A stretch of 64,000 bases of DNA, taken from contig CAZYBO010000006.1 in assembly GCA_964645205.1 (NCBI GenBank), positions 892-64,891 on the forward strand. The letters are read 5' to 3'. The translations under genes were made by a program, and so were the position numbers. The stretch comes from an uncultured Rickettsiales bacterium. Lineage in GTDB: Bacteria; Pseudomonadota; Alphaproteobacteria; Rickettsiales; SXRF01. The notes below the pieces were generated by a model. It was not told where the DNA came from and did not search any database. It saw nothing but the letters and a program-made list of their open reading frames with translations. Below are positions 42,578 through 52,668 of the stretch, one piece after another; positions within the stretch are counted from its first letter, which is position 1, and every line of letters starts with the position of its first letter.

Positions 42578-43662
42578 CTCAGTTTCAGCGTGGAAAGACC
42601 GAGCAGCGCGAAGATGCACGCGATGATCCAGAAGCGGATCACGATCGTCGCCTCCTGCCAGCCGAGTTTTTCAAAATGATGGTGGATCGGCGCCATGCGG
42701 AACACGCGCTTGCCGGTGAGCTTGAACGATGCCACCTGAATAATGACCGATACAGCCTCCAGCACGAATAGACCGCCGATCACCGCGAGTGCGAATTCAT
42801 GCTTGGCGATAACGGAAATCGCGCCCAGCGAGCCGCCGAACGCGAGGCTGCCGGTATCGCCCATGAATACTTTTGCAGGCGGCGCGTTGAACCATAAAAA
42901 CCCAAGGCTTGCGCCCACCAGTGCAGCGCAGAACACCGCCAGCTCGCCAGCGCCGGGCACGAAATGCAGTTGCAGATAATTGGCGAACACCGCGTTGCCC
43001 ACGAGATAGGTGATGAGCGCAAAACATCCGGCGACGATCATGATCGGCACGATGGCAAGCCCGTCCAGCCCGTCGGTCAGGTTCACCGCGTTGGACGCGC
43101 CGACCATCACCACCAGCACGAAAGCGATATAGATCATGCCTGCGTCGAGCAAAATGTCCTTAAAGAACGGCACGGCGATATGGCTTGCAAGCGACGGCGG
43201 CGCGAACGCCTGAATCGCGAACGCGGCGACCAGCGAAATGACGATCTGTCCCAGCATTTTTTTGCGGCTGGAAAGGCCGCGCGAATTGCGCTTGGTGAGC
43301 TTCAGATAATCGTCCACGAACCCAATCGCACCGAAGCCGAGCGTCACCAGCAGCACAATCCACACATATGGATTGCTTAAATCCGCCCATAGCAGCGTAG
43401 ACACGCTCACCGCCAGCAGGATCATCACCCCGCCCATGGTCGGCGTGCCTTTTTTGGTGACGAGGTGCGATTGCGGCCCGTCGAGACGGATAGGCTGGCC
43501 TTCCGCCTGCTTGGATTTTAGCCAGCGTATGATGCGCGGCCCGAAATAGAAGCTGATGAACAGCGCCGTGAACACCGCCGCGCCACTGCGGAACGTGAGA
43601 TAGCGAAACAGGTTCAGCGGCGTGAAATACGGCACCAGCAGGATAGCGAGGTTATACAGCAT
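42574..43662 (-). CDS. mraY: Phospho-N-acetylmuramoyl-pentapeptide transferase
   Basis: Motifs [34 protein letters not shown] and MAPIHHHFE. Confidence 0.95.
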   Translation of the reverse strand: MLYNLAILLVPYFTPLNLFRYLTFRSGAAVFTALFISFYFGPRIIRWLKSKQAEGQPIRLDGPQSHLVTKKGTPTMGGVMILLAVSVSTLLWADLSNPYVWIVLLVTLGFGAIGFVDDYLKLTKRNSRGLSSRKKMLGQIVISLVAAFAIQAFAPPSLASHIAVPFFKDILLDAGMIYIAFVLVVMVGASNAVNLTDGLDGLAIVPIMIVAGCFALITYLVGNAVFANYLQLHFVPGAGELAVFCAALVGASLGFLWFNAPPAKVFMGDTGSLAFGGSLGAISVIAKHEFALAVIGGLFVLEAVSVIIQVASFKLTGKRVFRMAPIHHHFEKLGWQEATIVIRFWIIACIFALLGLSTLKLR

Positions 43663-45049
43663 TTTTTTTCTCCGTGGCGGGAAGCGTTTGGGCGAGTTCG
43701 TACATGCGGCTGCCGTGCGAGCCTTTGAGCAGCAGCACGTCGCCGTCGCGTAAATCCTTGCGCAGCAGCGGCAGCAGGTCGTATGCGGTTTTCACGTGGG
43801 CGGCACGCTGCGATTGCGGCAGAGCATCGTGCAGCGCCTGCATGTGGCTGCCTGCGGTATAGATCGCGGTGAAGGCGCGCATGTCGTCGGCAAGCGACGC
43901 ATGCATCGCGGGCGCCTGCGCGCCAAGCTCCAGCATGTCGCCGAGCGCAGCGAGTAGCCTGCCCTTTTTCCCCAGCGTTTCCCATACTTCGACAGCCTTG
44001 GCGAAAGCGGCGCGCATGGAGGCGGGGCTGGCATTGTAGCTGTCGTCGATCAACGCGGCCACACCGCCGTTTACAGGAATAGGCACGGTGCGCCCGCGCC
44101 CTTCGGGTTCGCGGAAGCCTGCAAGTGCGCCGGCGCTTTTTTTAATGTCGAGTCCGAACGCGTGCGCGCACGCCAGCGCAAACAGGCTGGTGGTCGCCCA
44201 GTGCTGGCCGATGGCGGAGAGCGTGTAATGCAGCTCCTGCCCGCCGATATTCGCCTCAACCGCGCAACCCGACGCCGAAGGATGGTAGCCGAGCAGCAGG
44301 CAGCTATTGCCCGCGTTCGCTCCGCAGGTCACGATATGCGCGATGCCCAGACGCGACGCCTTGATTTTCAGCAATTCCCAATAGGCGTTGTCGCCGCCGA
44401 TTATCGCCGTACCGCCGGCAGGCACGCCTTCAAAGATTTCCGCCTTGGCCGCGGCGATAGCCTCCACCGAATCGAAAAATTCTAGATGCACGGCTTCCAC
44501 GCGCGTGACGATCGCCACGTGCGGCCTCACCATGCGCGTCAAATGCGCAATTTCGCCCGCATGGTTCATGCCCATCTCGAACACCGCGAACGGCGCATCC
44601 GGCGGCAGGTTTGCGAGCATCAGCGGCGTGCCGATATGGTTGTTGTAATTCCCCGCCGTGGCAAAAGCCGCCCCGTGCGCTGAAAGCGCAAGCCGCACCA
44701 TTTCCTTCGTACTGGTCTTACCCACGCTGCCGGTGACGCCGACGATCTTCGCCAGCGAACGCGCGCGCCCATAATGCGCGAGCGCTTCCAGCCCTTTTTG
44801 CGTATCAGGCACCACGACGCAGTTTTTTCCTGCACATGATTTACTGACCAGCGCGGCGACCGCACCTTTGGCGAACGCTGCATCAAGAAAATCGTGCCCA
44901 TCGAAACGGTCGCCCTTGAGCGCGACGAAGAGATCGCCCGGCTGCACGCGGCGGCTGTCGATTTCCACGCGCATGGCCTGCCACGCTTCGCCTTCGCAGG
45001 TGCCGCCCGTCGCTTCGCGCGCCGTTTTATCCGTCCATAATGCCATCAT
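43652..45049 (-). CDS. murF: UDP-N-acetylmuramoyl-tripeptide--D-alanyl-D-alanine ligase
   Basis: Motifs [14 protein letters not shown] and DDSYNASP. Confidence 0.9.
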   Translation of the reverse strand: MMALWTDKTAREATGGTCEGEAWQAMRVEIDSRRVQPGDLFVALKGDRFDGHDFLDAAFAKGAVAALVSKSCAGKNCVVVPDTQKGLEALAHYGRARSLAKIVGVTGSVGKTSTKEMVRLALSAHGAAFATAGNYNNHIGTPLMLANLPPDAPFAVFEMGMNHAGEIAHLTRMVRPHVAIVTRVEAVHLEFFDSVEAIAAAKAEIFEGVPAGGTAIIGGDNAYWELLKIKASRLGIAHIVTCGANAGNSCLLLGYHPSASGCAVEANIGGQELHYTLSAIGQHWATTSLFALACAHAFGLDIKKSAGALAGFREPEGRGRTVPIPVNGGVAALIDDSYNASPASMRAAFAKAVEVWETLGKKGRLLAALGDMLELGAQAPAMHASLADDMRAFTAIYTAGSHMQALHDALPQSQRAAHVKTAYDLLPLLRKDLRDGDVLLLKGSHGSRMYELAQTLPATEKKNAV

Positions 45050-46524
45050 GTCGCCAACCGCAATTCTTTCACCGCATCACGTATCACCGCCGCATCGTCG
45101 AACGGGAAAATCTTATCGCCGACGATCTGCGTCTTTTCATGCCCCTTGCCCGCCACCACCAGTATGTCGCCCGCGCCAAGCCCGCGCAGCGCAACATAGA
45201 TAGCTTCCTTGCGGTCCGCAACTTCTTTGCCGCGCGCGCAGGCCGCCATGATCGCAGTACGTATAACCGCGGGATTCTCGCTGCGCGGATTATCGTCGGT
45301 GACAATAGCGGCATCGGCGAGGCGGTCGGCTTCGCGCCCCATTTCCGGGCGTTTCCCGGCGTCGCGGTCGCCGCCGCAGCCGAATACGACATGCAGCTTC
45401 GCCTGCGTATGCGGGCGCAGCGTGGCGAGGATATTGGCCAACGCCATCGGCGTATGCGCGTAATCGATAAACACGGCAGCGCCGTTGCCAAGCGTCGCCA
45501 CATGCTCCAACCTGCCAGGCACGCCGGTAAAATGCGCCACCGCCGAAAGCGCTTGCTCCAACCCGCCGCCGCTTGCCTCCACAAGTCCGAGCGCGGCCAG
45601 AATATTCATCACCTGAAACGCGCCGACCAGCGGCACGTCAAGTTCATAAGGCCTGCCGCGCAACTCCAGCTTTACATGCTGGCCGTGCGTGTTGGGCATG
45701 CTTTGCATAAGCCGGAAATCCCCGCCGCTTTTGCCGTAGCCGACGACGCGGATATGGCGTTTTTCGCACAGGTCGCGCAATGCGGAAAAGCTGCGGTCAT
45801 CCTGATTGAGCACGGCGGTTTTACCTTCCGGCAGCAGCGTGGCGAACAGGCGCGCCTTGGCCGCGAAATAGGCTTCGTCGGTGATGTGGTAATCGAGATG
45901 GTCGCGCGTGAGGTTGGTAAACGCCGCGGCTTCCAGCCTCACACCGTCGAGCCGGTGCTGGTCGAGCCCGTGGCTGGATGCTTCCATGGCGACATGGGTG
46001 ATGTGCTTTGCCGCCATATCCGCGAGCATGCGGTGCAATTCTACTGCATCAGGCGTGGTATGCGTGCCGGGATAAAGCACCGCGCCGCCGCCTGCAAGCA
46101 CACCGAGCGTGCCGATGGAGGCGGAAGATGTGTTCATGCGATGCCAGAACTGGCGGTAAAAATCAGCGGTGGAGGTTTTACCGTCCGTCCCTGTGACGGC
46201 TACGATATGCGCAGGTTGTGCGCCGTAAAACGCCGCCGCCATATGCGCCAGCGCAAGGCGCGGGTTGCGCGCGCGCAGCACCGCCATGCCGGACGCTTCC
46301 ACCTGCGTATCGTAATCGCACAGCACGGCAACCGCGCCTTGCTTGTGCGCCTGCACGATATAGGCCGCGCCATCGCCCTTTACGCCTTTGAGCGCGACGA
46401 ATAGCGCACCGGGTATGACGGCGCGGGAATCGGAGGTGATGGCGGTGATGGGGAGGGAAGCGGAGTCGGGGGTACAACCGGTAGGTTCTGGAATAGTGCG
46501 GATCAGCTCAGTAAGTGGCAGCAT
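45046..46524 (-). CDS. murE: UDP-N-acetylmuramoyl-L-alanyl-D-glutamate--2,6-diaminopimelate ligase
   Basis: Motifs VAVTGTDGKTST, IDYAHTP and DNPR (TDDNPRSE, the mDAP-type motif). Start trimmed to MLPLTELIR, overlapping the ftsI end by 17 nt. Confidence 0.9.
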   Translation of the reverse strand: MLPLTELIRTIPEPTGCTPDSASLPITAITSDSRAVIPGALFVALKGVKGDGAAYIVQAHKQGAVAVLCDYDTQVEASGMAVLRARNPRLALAHMAAAFYGAQPAHIVAVTGTDGKTSTADFYRQFWHRMNTSSASIGTLGVLAGGGAVLYPGTHTTPDAVELHRMLADMAAKHITHVAMEASSHGLDQHRLDGVRLEAAAFTNLTRDHLDYHITDEAYFAAKARLFATLLPEGKTAVLNQDDRSFSALRDLCEKRHIRVVGYGKSGGDFRLMQSMPNTHGQHVKLELRGRPYELDVPLVGAFQVMNILAALGLVEASGGGLEQALSAVAHFTGVPGRLEHVATLGNGAAVFIDYAHTPMALANILATLRPHTQAKLHVVFGCGGDRDAGKRPEMGREADRLADAAIVTDDNPRSENPAVIRTAIMAACARGKEVADRKEAIYVALRGLGAGDILVVAGKGHEKTQIVGDKIFPFDDAAVIRDAVKELRLAT

Positions 46525-48304
46525 GAAGGTATGGCTTCTCGTACGTGCGCCCTGCGGCGGGTTGTGGCTGGGGCTGGGGTCGTGCTTTCGGCTTGTCGTT
46601 TTCGACCCAGAATTTCTCCGCGTCGTCGCCGGGCGCATCATACACAGGTTTAATGCCAAGCAAAGGACCCATGCGCGTGATTACCGACCCTACCACCGGC
46701 GCGGAAATCCAGCCGCCCGTGGCATAGCCGAACGTCGCCTTGGTGCCTTTGGGCTCATCGACCATGGCGAGCACGACATAGCGGGGATTATCCACCGGGA
46801 ATACGCCGATAAACGAGGCGAGCTTGGCGTTATCGTCATAGACGCCGCCCGCGCGCACTTTTTCCGCGGTGCCGGTTTTGCCACCGACGCGGTAGCCGGG
46901 CACATCCGCCTTGCTGCCCGTGCCGTGATCGACCACCAGCCGCATCAGGCGACGCACATGCTGCGAGGTTTGCTCCGAAATGACACGCTCGCCTTCGGCG
47001 CGCTCTTTATTCCCGTCCTTAAGCAGAGTGAGGCGTTCCATGCGCCCGCCCGCCACCAGCGTAGCGATACCGCGCACCAGGTGCAGCGGCGACACCGACA
47101 TGCCGTGCCCGTAGGAAATCGTAACCGTGTTCAGCTCCTTCCAGTCGGAAGGGAAAAGCGGATAGGCTTTTTCCGGCAGCTCGATCTCCACCGGTTTGGT
47201 CATGCCGAGTTTTTCGAGAAAGGCTTTCTGCTTTTTTGCGCCCACGTCGAGCGCGATCTTGGCGGTGCCGATATTCGAGGAATAGGCGTAGATTTCCGGC
47301 ACGGTAAGCCGTCCCGGTTTAGGATGCGTATCCTGAATGGTGAAGGTAGATATTTTCAGCGGATGACTGACATCGTAGCCGCTTTTCATGTTCACCACGC
47401 CGTATTCCAGCGCCATCGCCATGGTGAAGCTCTTGAAGGTGGAGCCCATCTCGTAACTGCCCTGCACGGCGCGGTTGAAGCGCGCGGCGTCCTCGCCTTT
47501 TGACGGTTTATGCGGGTCGAAATCCGGCAGCGACACCATCGATAGCAACTCACCGGTTTGTAAATCCATGATCACGCCCGTGCCGCCGATGGCGCGGTAT
47601 TCCTCCATCGCTTTTTTCAGTTCCTCGCGCATGATCGCCTGCAGGCGCACGTCCACAGACAACGCGAACGACTCGCGGTTAAGCGCGGTGTCGCGCAGGC
47701 GACGGTCGAATTGTTTTTCGATACCTGCCAGCCCTTTGTTATCCACCCCCACATAGCCCACCGCATGCGAGAGCAAATTGCCATACGGATAGACGCGGCG
47801 CTCTTCCGGCAGGAAATAAATGCCGGGAATGCCCAGGCTATTGGCGGCCTGCTGTTCTTTCGGGCTCAGGTTGCGCTTGAGCCACACGAAACTCTTGCCG
47901 TTCTTGAAGCGCGCGAGCAGTTGCTTGGCGTCAAGGTGCAGCGCCTTTTCCAGCTTGGCGGCGACTTCCTCGTGGTTACGCACTTCCTGTGGGTTGGCAA
48001 AGATGGAGGCCGTCATCAGGCTGGTAGCCAGCAGCACGCCGTTGCGATCTACGATATTGCCGCGCTGGAGCGTAGGCTCGCTGGATTGGATCGATACCTG
48101 CTCGCCGCCGCCGTTATCAGGATCGCTTACCGTGATGGTGGTCGCGCGCTTGTTGAAAACCACTACTTCTACCATGCGGGCGCACACGCTGCCGAAACAC
48201 AGCGTGAAGAACAGCCCGACGCACAGCAGGCGCACGCGGCTCTGCTCGATAAGCCGCTGGCCGGTGCTCTGCTTAACGATGACCTTGCGCTGGTTACGGC
48301 TCAT
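46508..48304 (-). CDS. ftsI: Peptidoglycan D,D-transpeptidase FtsI (PBP3)
   Basis: N-terminal TM anchor. SxxK (GSTFKSF), SxN (YSSNIG) and KTG (GGKTGTAEK) motifs. Confidence 0.9.
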   Translation of the reverse strand: MSRNQRKVIVKQSTGQRLIEQSRVRLLCVGLFFTLCFGSVCARMVEVVVFNKRATTITVSDPDNGGGEQVSIQSSEPTLQRGNIVDRNGVLLATSLMTASIFANPQEVRNHEEVAAKLEKALHLDAKQLLARFKNGKSFVWLKRNLSPKEQQAANSLGIPGIYFLPEERRVYPYGNLLSHAVGYVGVDNKGLAGIEKQFDRRLRDTALNRESFALSVDVRLQAIMREELKKAMEEYRAIGGTGVIMDLQTGELLSMVSLPDFDPHKPSKGEDAARFNRAVQGSYEMGSTFKSFTMAMALEYGVVNMKSGYDVSHPLKISTFTIQDTHPKPGRLTVPEIYAYSSNIGTAKIALDVGAKKQKAFLEKLGMTKPVEIELPEKAYPLFPSDWKELNTVTISYGHGMSVSPLHLVRGIATLVAGGRMERLTLLKDGNKERAEGERVISEQTSQHVRRLMRLVVDHGTGSKADVPGYRVGGKTGTAEKVRAGGVYDDNAKLASFIGVFPVDNPRYVVLAMVDEPKGTKATFGYATGGWISAPVVGSVITRMGPLLGIKPVYDAPGDDAEKFWVENDKPKARPQPQPQPAAGRTYEKPYLHAATY

Positions 48305-48657
48305 CGCGCGGCTCCGGCGCGGCGCGCCTGTAGGGAAACGGGACGTACGCCTTCTTCAGTATCGAGATGCGCCTGCGACTGCTTGGGGAAAGGGATGGCT
48401 TCAATCTCCGCGATCTGGCTGACGGTTACGCCCGCCGCCGAAAGATATTTGCTCGACAATGCCTGCAACCGTTCAGGCCGGTTGAGATACGCCCATTCCG
48501 CAGCCACCACGTGCAAAGTTTGCTTACGCGTTTCCAGTTCGCGCGAGGTTTCGGCGATCTGCGTGCGCAGCGATTGCACCTCGTATTTCACGCGGTACAG
48601 CATGAAGGACGCAATGACGAACACCAGCATCCATATCACCAGCGATACTTTCCTCAT
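48301..48657 (-). CDS. ftsL: Cell division protein FtsL (alphaproteobacterial type)
   Basis: Bitopic protein: TM VIWMLVFVIASFMLY followed by a coiled coil. Positioned between rsmH and ftsI with 4-nt overlaps. Confidence 0.7.
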   Translation of the reverse strand: MRKVSLVIWMLVFVIASFMLYRVKYEVQSLRTQIAETSRELETRKQTLHVVAAEWAYLNRPERLQALSSKYLSAAGVTVSQIAEIEAIPFPKQSQAHLDTEEGVRPVSLQARRAGAAR

Positions 48658-49577
48658 AGGCGCGCCATCATGCGCATGGTGGCCGAGCGGGAACGCGGAT
48701 TAGCCGCGCATTCCGCCTCGCTAGCCACGCGTTTATCGGGGCGGGGCAGGAAAAAGCGGGGAGCATCGCGCTCGTCCTGACGCTCAGGCATATGGCGCGA
48801 CTGCTCCCCCAGTCTCCCGCAACGGGAACTCATAAAACGTTTGACGATTCGATCTTCCAGCGAATGGAAGCTCACCACCACCAGCCTGCCGCCGGGCGCG
48901 AGCAGCGATTCGGCGGCCTTCAACCCGCCTTCGATGGCTTCGAATTCCTGATTCACATGAATGCGCAATGCCTGAAAGCTGCGCGTGGCGGGGTCGGATT
49001 TCTGCGCCTTGCCGCCGATGGCGGCGCGAATGATTTCGGCAAGTTGGCGCGTGCGCGTAATCGGTGCGATGGCGCGGGCGGTGACGATGGCTTTGGCGAT
49101 GCGGCGCGAGGCTTTTTCCTCGCCGTAATAATATAAAATATCGGCCAGCTCGCGCTCGGACGCTTCGTTGACCACGGTGGCGGCGTCGATGCCTTCGCTG
49201 GACATGCGCATATCGAGTACGCCGTCATGACGGAAGGCGAACCCGCGGTCGGGCTGGTCGAGCTGCATCGACGACATGCCGAGATCGAGCGCCACGCCGT
49301 CTACCGCGCTGACACCATGCGCGGCGACGAGCGCGCACATATCGGCGAAATTGCCGAGCAGCCACACAAAGCGGCCGGGAAACTGCTGTTCGAGATTGTT
49401 GGCGAAACTCCGGGTGGATGGGTCACGGTCGATGGCGAACACGCGGCAATCGGCGGCCTGCAATATCGCGCGGGAATAGCCGCCTGCGCCGAACGTGCCG
49501 TCGATATACACGCCGTCATTTTTCGGCGCGAGCCATTCGAGCATTTCCGGCAGCATCACGGGGATATGCGCGCTCAT
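48654..49577 (-). CDS. rsmH: 16S rRNA m4C1402 methyltransferase
   Basis: Motifs HIPVMLPEML, DGTFGAGGYS and DLGMSSMQLD. Confidence 0.95.
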   Translation of the reverse strand: MSAHIPVMLPEMLEWLAPKNDGVYIDGTFGAGGYSRAILQAADCRVFAIDRDPSTRSFANNLEQQFPGRFVWLLGNFADMCALVAAHGVSAVDGVALDLGMSSMQLDQPDRGFAFRHDGVLDMRMSSEGIDAATVVNEASERELADILYYYGEEKASRRIAKAIVTARAIAPITRTRQLAEIIRAAIGGKAQKSDPATRSFQALRIHVNQEFEAIEGGLKAAESLLAPGGRLVVVSFHSLEDRIVKRFMSSRCGRLGEQSRHMPERQDERDAPRFFLPRPDKRVASEAECAANPRSRSATMRMMARL

Positions 49578-50020
49578 GCATCCCCTTTCAGTTGGAAGCG
49601 TTTTTCGCGCACCAGCTCGCGCGCGCGTTTTGCATGCGCATCGAACGCTTTCGGCTGCCAGATTTCAAACGTTTCGCCCTTGCCGACGATGGTGGCTTCG
49701 TCGGACAGTTTCGCCGCAGCAACCAGCGATTCAGGCAGCATGATGCGCCCTTCCGTGTCGAAGGAAAGCTGCACGCTTTCGCCGAACAGCGTGGTGGCGA
49801 ACGCGTCGCGCTCTTCGGAATACGGGTCGAAGCGCTCCATGCGCTGGTTCATTTTCAGGATGCGGTTCATGCCGCACGCCTCGATGCACGGATGCAGCGG
49901 CGACACGGTGGCGACGACGCCGGGAAATTCCTGCAGCGCGAGCACGGCGCGAAACTGCGCGGGCACGGACAGGCGTCCCTTTTTGTCGATTTTGTTATGA
50001 TAGGTCGAAAGAAACAACAT
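49574..50020 (-). CDS. mraZ: Transcriptional regulator MraZ
   Basis: Two DxxxR repeats (IDKKGRLSVP and DTEGRIMLP). First gene of the dcw cluster. Confidence 0.95.
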   Translation of the reverse strand: MLFLSTYHNKIDKKGRLSVPAQFRAVLALQEFPGVVATVSPLHPCIEACGMNRILKMNQRMERFDPYSEERDAFATTLFGESVQLSFDTEGRIMLPESLVAAAKLSDEATIVGKGETFEIWQPKAFDAHAKRARELVREKRFQLKGDA

Positions 50021-50043
50021 CGCCGCGCCACGGTTGCTTGTTA

Positions 50044-50088
50044 TGGGATTTTATGGGTATTCTTGGGAAATTATTGCTATTCCATGGG
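50044..50088. promoter_or_regulatory. Putative MraZ operator: phased TGGG repeats upstream of mraZ
   Basis: TGGG at 50044, 50054 and 50064, with exact 10-nt phasing (tTGGGAttttaTGGGTattctTGGGAaa). A fourth TGGG lies at 50085. All are 24-68 nt upstream of the mraZ ATG. Confidence 0.45.
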
Positions 50089-50162
50089 TAAGTCAAGCAT
50101 AAACAGGGGAAATTCCCCACCCGTCACTTGCGCCAATAAATTGAAAAATTTGATTTTTATGC

Positions 50163-50199
50163 AACAAAAAACCGGCGCTCTTTCGAGGCCGGTTTTTTG
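50163..50199 (-). terminator. Rho-independent terminator after rpsD
   Basis: aaaaaACCGGCgctctttcgagGCCGGTttttttg: hairpin flanked by A- and T-runs. On the minus strand it is followed by TTTTTT. Confidence 0.6.
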
Positions 50200-50229
50200 T
50201 TTCCCCCTCGTTGCGAGGAAGGGTGCGCC

Positions 50230-50847
50230 TTAGCGCGAGTAATATTCGATGACGAAGTTCGGCTGCATCACGACCGGATACGGCACTTCCGCGAGCTTCG
50301 GCACGCGCACGAACTTGGCTTTCATCGCGGCGTTGTCGAACTCGATATATTCGGGAACGCTGCGTTCGGGGTTCTGGATCATTTCCAGCACCACCGTCAT
50401 CTGCTTCGATTTTTCCTTCACTTCAATCACGTCGCCTTCGCTGACCTGATAGCTCGGCACGTTGACCTTGCGGCCGTTGACGCGCACGTGGCCGTGGCTT
50501 ACGAACTGGCGCGACGCGAACGGCGTGGGCACCACGCCCATGCGGTAAACGACGGTGTCCAGACGGCTTTCCAGAATGCCGATCAGGTTTTCACCCGTGT
50601 CACCTTTGCGGCGCGACGCTTCCTGATAGATGCGGCGGAACTGGCGCTCGGTGATGTTGCCGTAATAGCCGCGCAGCTTCTGTTTTTCGCGCAGCTGCGT
50701 GCCGTAATCCGAGGTTTTCTTGCGCTTGGCCTGACCGTGCTGGCCGGGAGCGTATCCGCGCTTGTTGAACGGATCCTTGGAATTACCCCACAGGCTGAGC
50801 CCGAGGCGGCGGCTGATTTTATATTTGCAGTCAATACGTTTGGTCAC
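50230..50847 (-). CDS. rpsD: 30S ribosomal protein S4
   Basis: 205 aa. Motifs [10 protein letters not shown] and [18 protein letters not shown], plus an S4 RNA-binding domain. Confidence 0.95.
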   Translation of the reverse strand: MTKRIDCKYKISRRLGLSLWGNSKDPFNKRGYAPGQHGQAKRKKTSDYGTQLREKQKLRGYYGNITERQFRRIYQEASRRKGDTGENLIGILESRLDTVVYRMGVVPTPFASRQFVSHGHVRVNGRKVNVPSYQVSEGDVIEVKEKSKQMTVVLEMIQNPERSVPEYIEFDNAAMKAKFVRVPKLAEVPYPVVMQPNFVIEYYSR

Positions 50848-50942
50848 GTCGTTTTCCTAATGGCAAAAAATTATAGGGATGTGGACTATACCGATAAAAA
50901 TACGGCTGTCAAAGGATAAGTGATGGCTGCGGAAAACCGCTT

Positions 50943-51413
50943 TTAGCGGACGCTTCCGAGGTTCTGCACCGTGTTCTCCGGCACAACGTTCATCGCCGGG
51001 TTGACGTTCGCCCCGGCAGCGGGAGCCTGCCCGCGGGAAGCCAAAACCTGCTGGCGCCATGCGTTTTCAGCACGACCATCCGCCGGGCCGTCTACGGCCG
51101 GAAGAGCGGCCATTACAGCCTGTTCGCGCTGCGCCGCATCTTCCTGCGCCTGATCCGCCTTGCGCGATTTGCGCACTCTGGATGCGACATAGGCAACCCC
51201 ACCCAGCACCGCTGCGGCGCCTGCGGCGATACCCAGCGCCATCATCGGGCCTGTGCGACCCAGCGCATAACCCACTTTTTCAGCCGTATACCCCAGCGCA
51301 CTGCCGGCTTTTTCACCTACCGCGGCACGTGCCGCCTGCAACCCTTGACGACCTGAACCGTAACCGGTTGCCAGCCTGCTGCCTACGTTGCTAATTCCAG
51401 TAAAAATACCCAT
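50943..51413 (-). CDS. Hypothetical Gly/Ala-rich single-TM protein (cluster member A)
   Basis: 156 aa. TM segment MMALGIAAGAAAVLGGVAYVAS followed by a charged Q/A/E-rich tail. Confidence 0.5.
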   Translation of the reverse strand: MGIFTGISNVGSRLATGYGSGRQGLQAARAAVGEKAGSALGYTAEKVGYALGRTGPMMALGIAAGAAAVLGGVAYVASRVRKSRKADQAQEDAAQREQAVMAALPAVDGPADGRAENAWRQQVLASRGQAPAAGANVNPAMNVVPENTVQNLGSVR

Positions 51414-51439
51414 AGTGCTATCCTTGCCTTACTAAAAAA

Positions 51440-52021
51440 TTACCCAACCTGCGGGCCGTTTGCAGCCTGCGCCTGGCGCTGTTTTGCAAGCGTTTCCACT
51501 TTAGAATCGCATTTCGTGCATTTGGCCGCGTGCGAACCGGCATTCTGCGCCATCTGCGCCTGCTGGATCTGGCCTACGATATCCATCTGGCCTTCCTGAA
51601 AACCCAGCGCGTAACCCTGCTGCATGCCCGCTTCGGCAATTGCGCGCTGCTGCAAAAGCGCCGTTTGGTTTTCGTGCGCCGCCTTATTCTCATAGGCGCG
51701 GTTTTCCGCACCGACGCGGCTCCTGCCCTTTACAAACCCCATGATCACGCCGAGCGCGCCACCTACCGTACCGCCGCCGACCAGGGACGCCGCGCCGCCG
51801 AGAACACCCGCCGCGCTGCCTAATACCACCGCCGGAACCACTGCCGCTGCCGCCGCGCCGAAAATCGCCGCTACGCCTACAATCGCACCGCCGACAAGCA
51901 AAGCGCTCGCGGCAGCACCGATCAAGCCCACGGCCAGTGCGCCGAGTATACCGCCCTTGGCGGTTTCCAGCCCGGTCGTAGCCAGTGACGTTGTTACGGA
52001 ATGTTTGATCGCTTCAGCCAT
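51440..52021 (-). CDS. Hypothetical glycine-zipper-like membrane protein with Gln-rich C-terminal helix (cluster member B)
   Basis: 193 aa. About 80 aa of almost pure G/A/V/L/I (GGILGALAVGLIGAAASALLVGGAIVGVAAIFGAAAAAVVPAVVLGSAAGVLGG...), then ENRAYENKAAHENQTALLQQRAIAEAGMQQ. Confidence 0.55.
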   Translation of the reverse strand: MAEAIKHSVTTSLATTGLETAKGGILGALAVGLIGAAASALLVGGAIVGVAAIFGAAAAAVVPAVVLGSAAGVLGGAASLVGGGTVGGALGVIMGFVKGRSRVGAENRAYENKAAHENQTALLQQRAIAEAGMQQGYALGFQEGQMDIVGQIQQAQMAQNAGSHAAKCTKCDSKVETLAKQRQAQAANGPQVG

Positions 52022-52025
52022 ATGC

Positions 52026-52532
52026 CTACCCTATCGATTTACCTGCGTTACCTGGATTCCTGCCGGCGAACATGCCAGGCCCCATACCTACCTGCTGCGC
52101 TCTTTGCGCCAGCGCGATGCTCTGCTGCGCGCGCTGCATTTCCAGCGCGGCAAGGCGTTCATCGAGCACCTGACGACGCCCGTACTTCGAGATACGGTCT
52201 TCTTCTTCCTGTTCAACCGCCGCACCCGCGCCGGACATACCCTTGGCAAGACCGAAAGCTGCGCCCAAACCGCCGCCCACTAAAGCGCCGGGAAGCAGGA
52301 AGCTGGATACGACATTCGTCAGCAAGCCCGCGCCTGCCTTGGCTGAAAACATACTCAGCACGCCGGAAGGAATCACGGCGGCTACCGCAGGCACGAACGC
52401 CACGGCCGCGCCGACGATCAGCGCGCCCCACGCGGCGGACTTAATCACGCTCGCGGCGACATGCTTTATCGACTTCCACGTAGGGCTGAAGCCTTTAAGC
52501 GCCGGATGTTCTATGTTGTCGTCTTGTAACAT
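52026..52532 (-). CDS. Hypothetical glycine-zipper-like membrane protein with Gln/Glu-rich C-terminal helix (cluster member C)
   Basis: 168 aa. Stop lies 4 nt from the start of member B. Gly/Ala-rich hydrophobic core, then EQEEEDRISKYGRRQVLDERLAALEMQRAQQSIALAQRAQQ. The KG-x-S-x-x-GA junction resembles member B. Confidence 0.55.
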   Translation of the reverse strand: MLQDDNIEHPALKGFSPTWKSIKHVAASVIKSAAWGALIVGAAVAFVPAVAAVIPSGVLSMFSAKAGAGLLTNVVSSFLLPGALVGGGLGAAFGLAKGMSGAGAAVEQEEEDRISKYGRRQVLDERLAALEMQRAQQSIALAQRAQQVGMGPGMFAGRNPGNAGKSIG

Positions 52533-52668
52533 TCGCTGACCTTATTATTTCACCTTCTCAGTATGTCATATATTTCATGCAATTGGCAAATTAAGCTTTT
52601 GTGACGAAAACGGCAACGGGAATGGGGTTGTCACAAAAGCGTCACAACCAAATCAACTTATTGATTTA

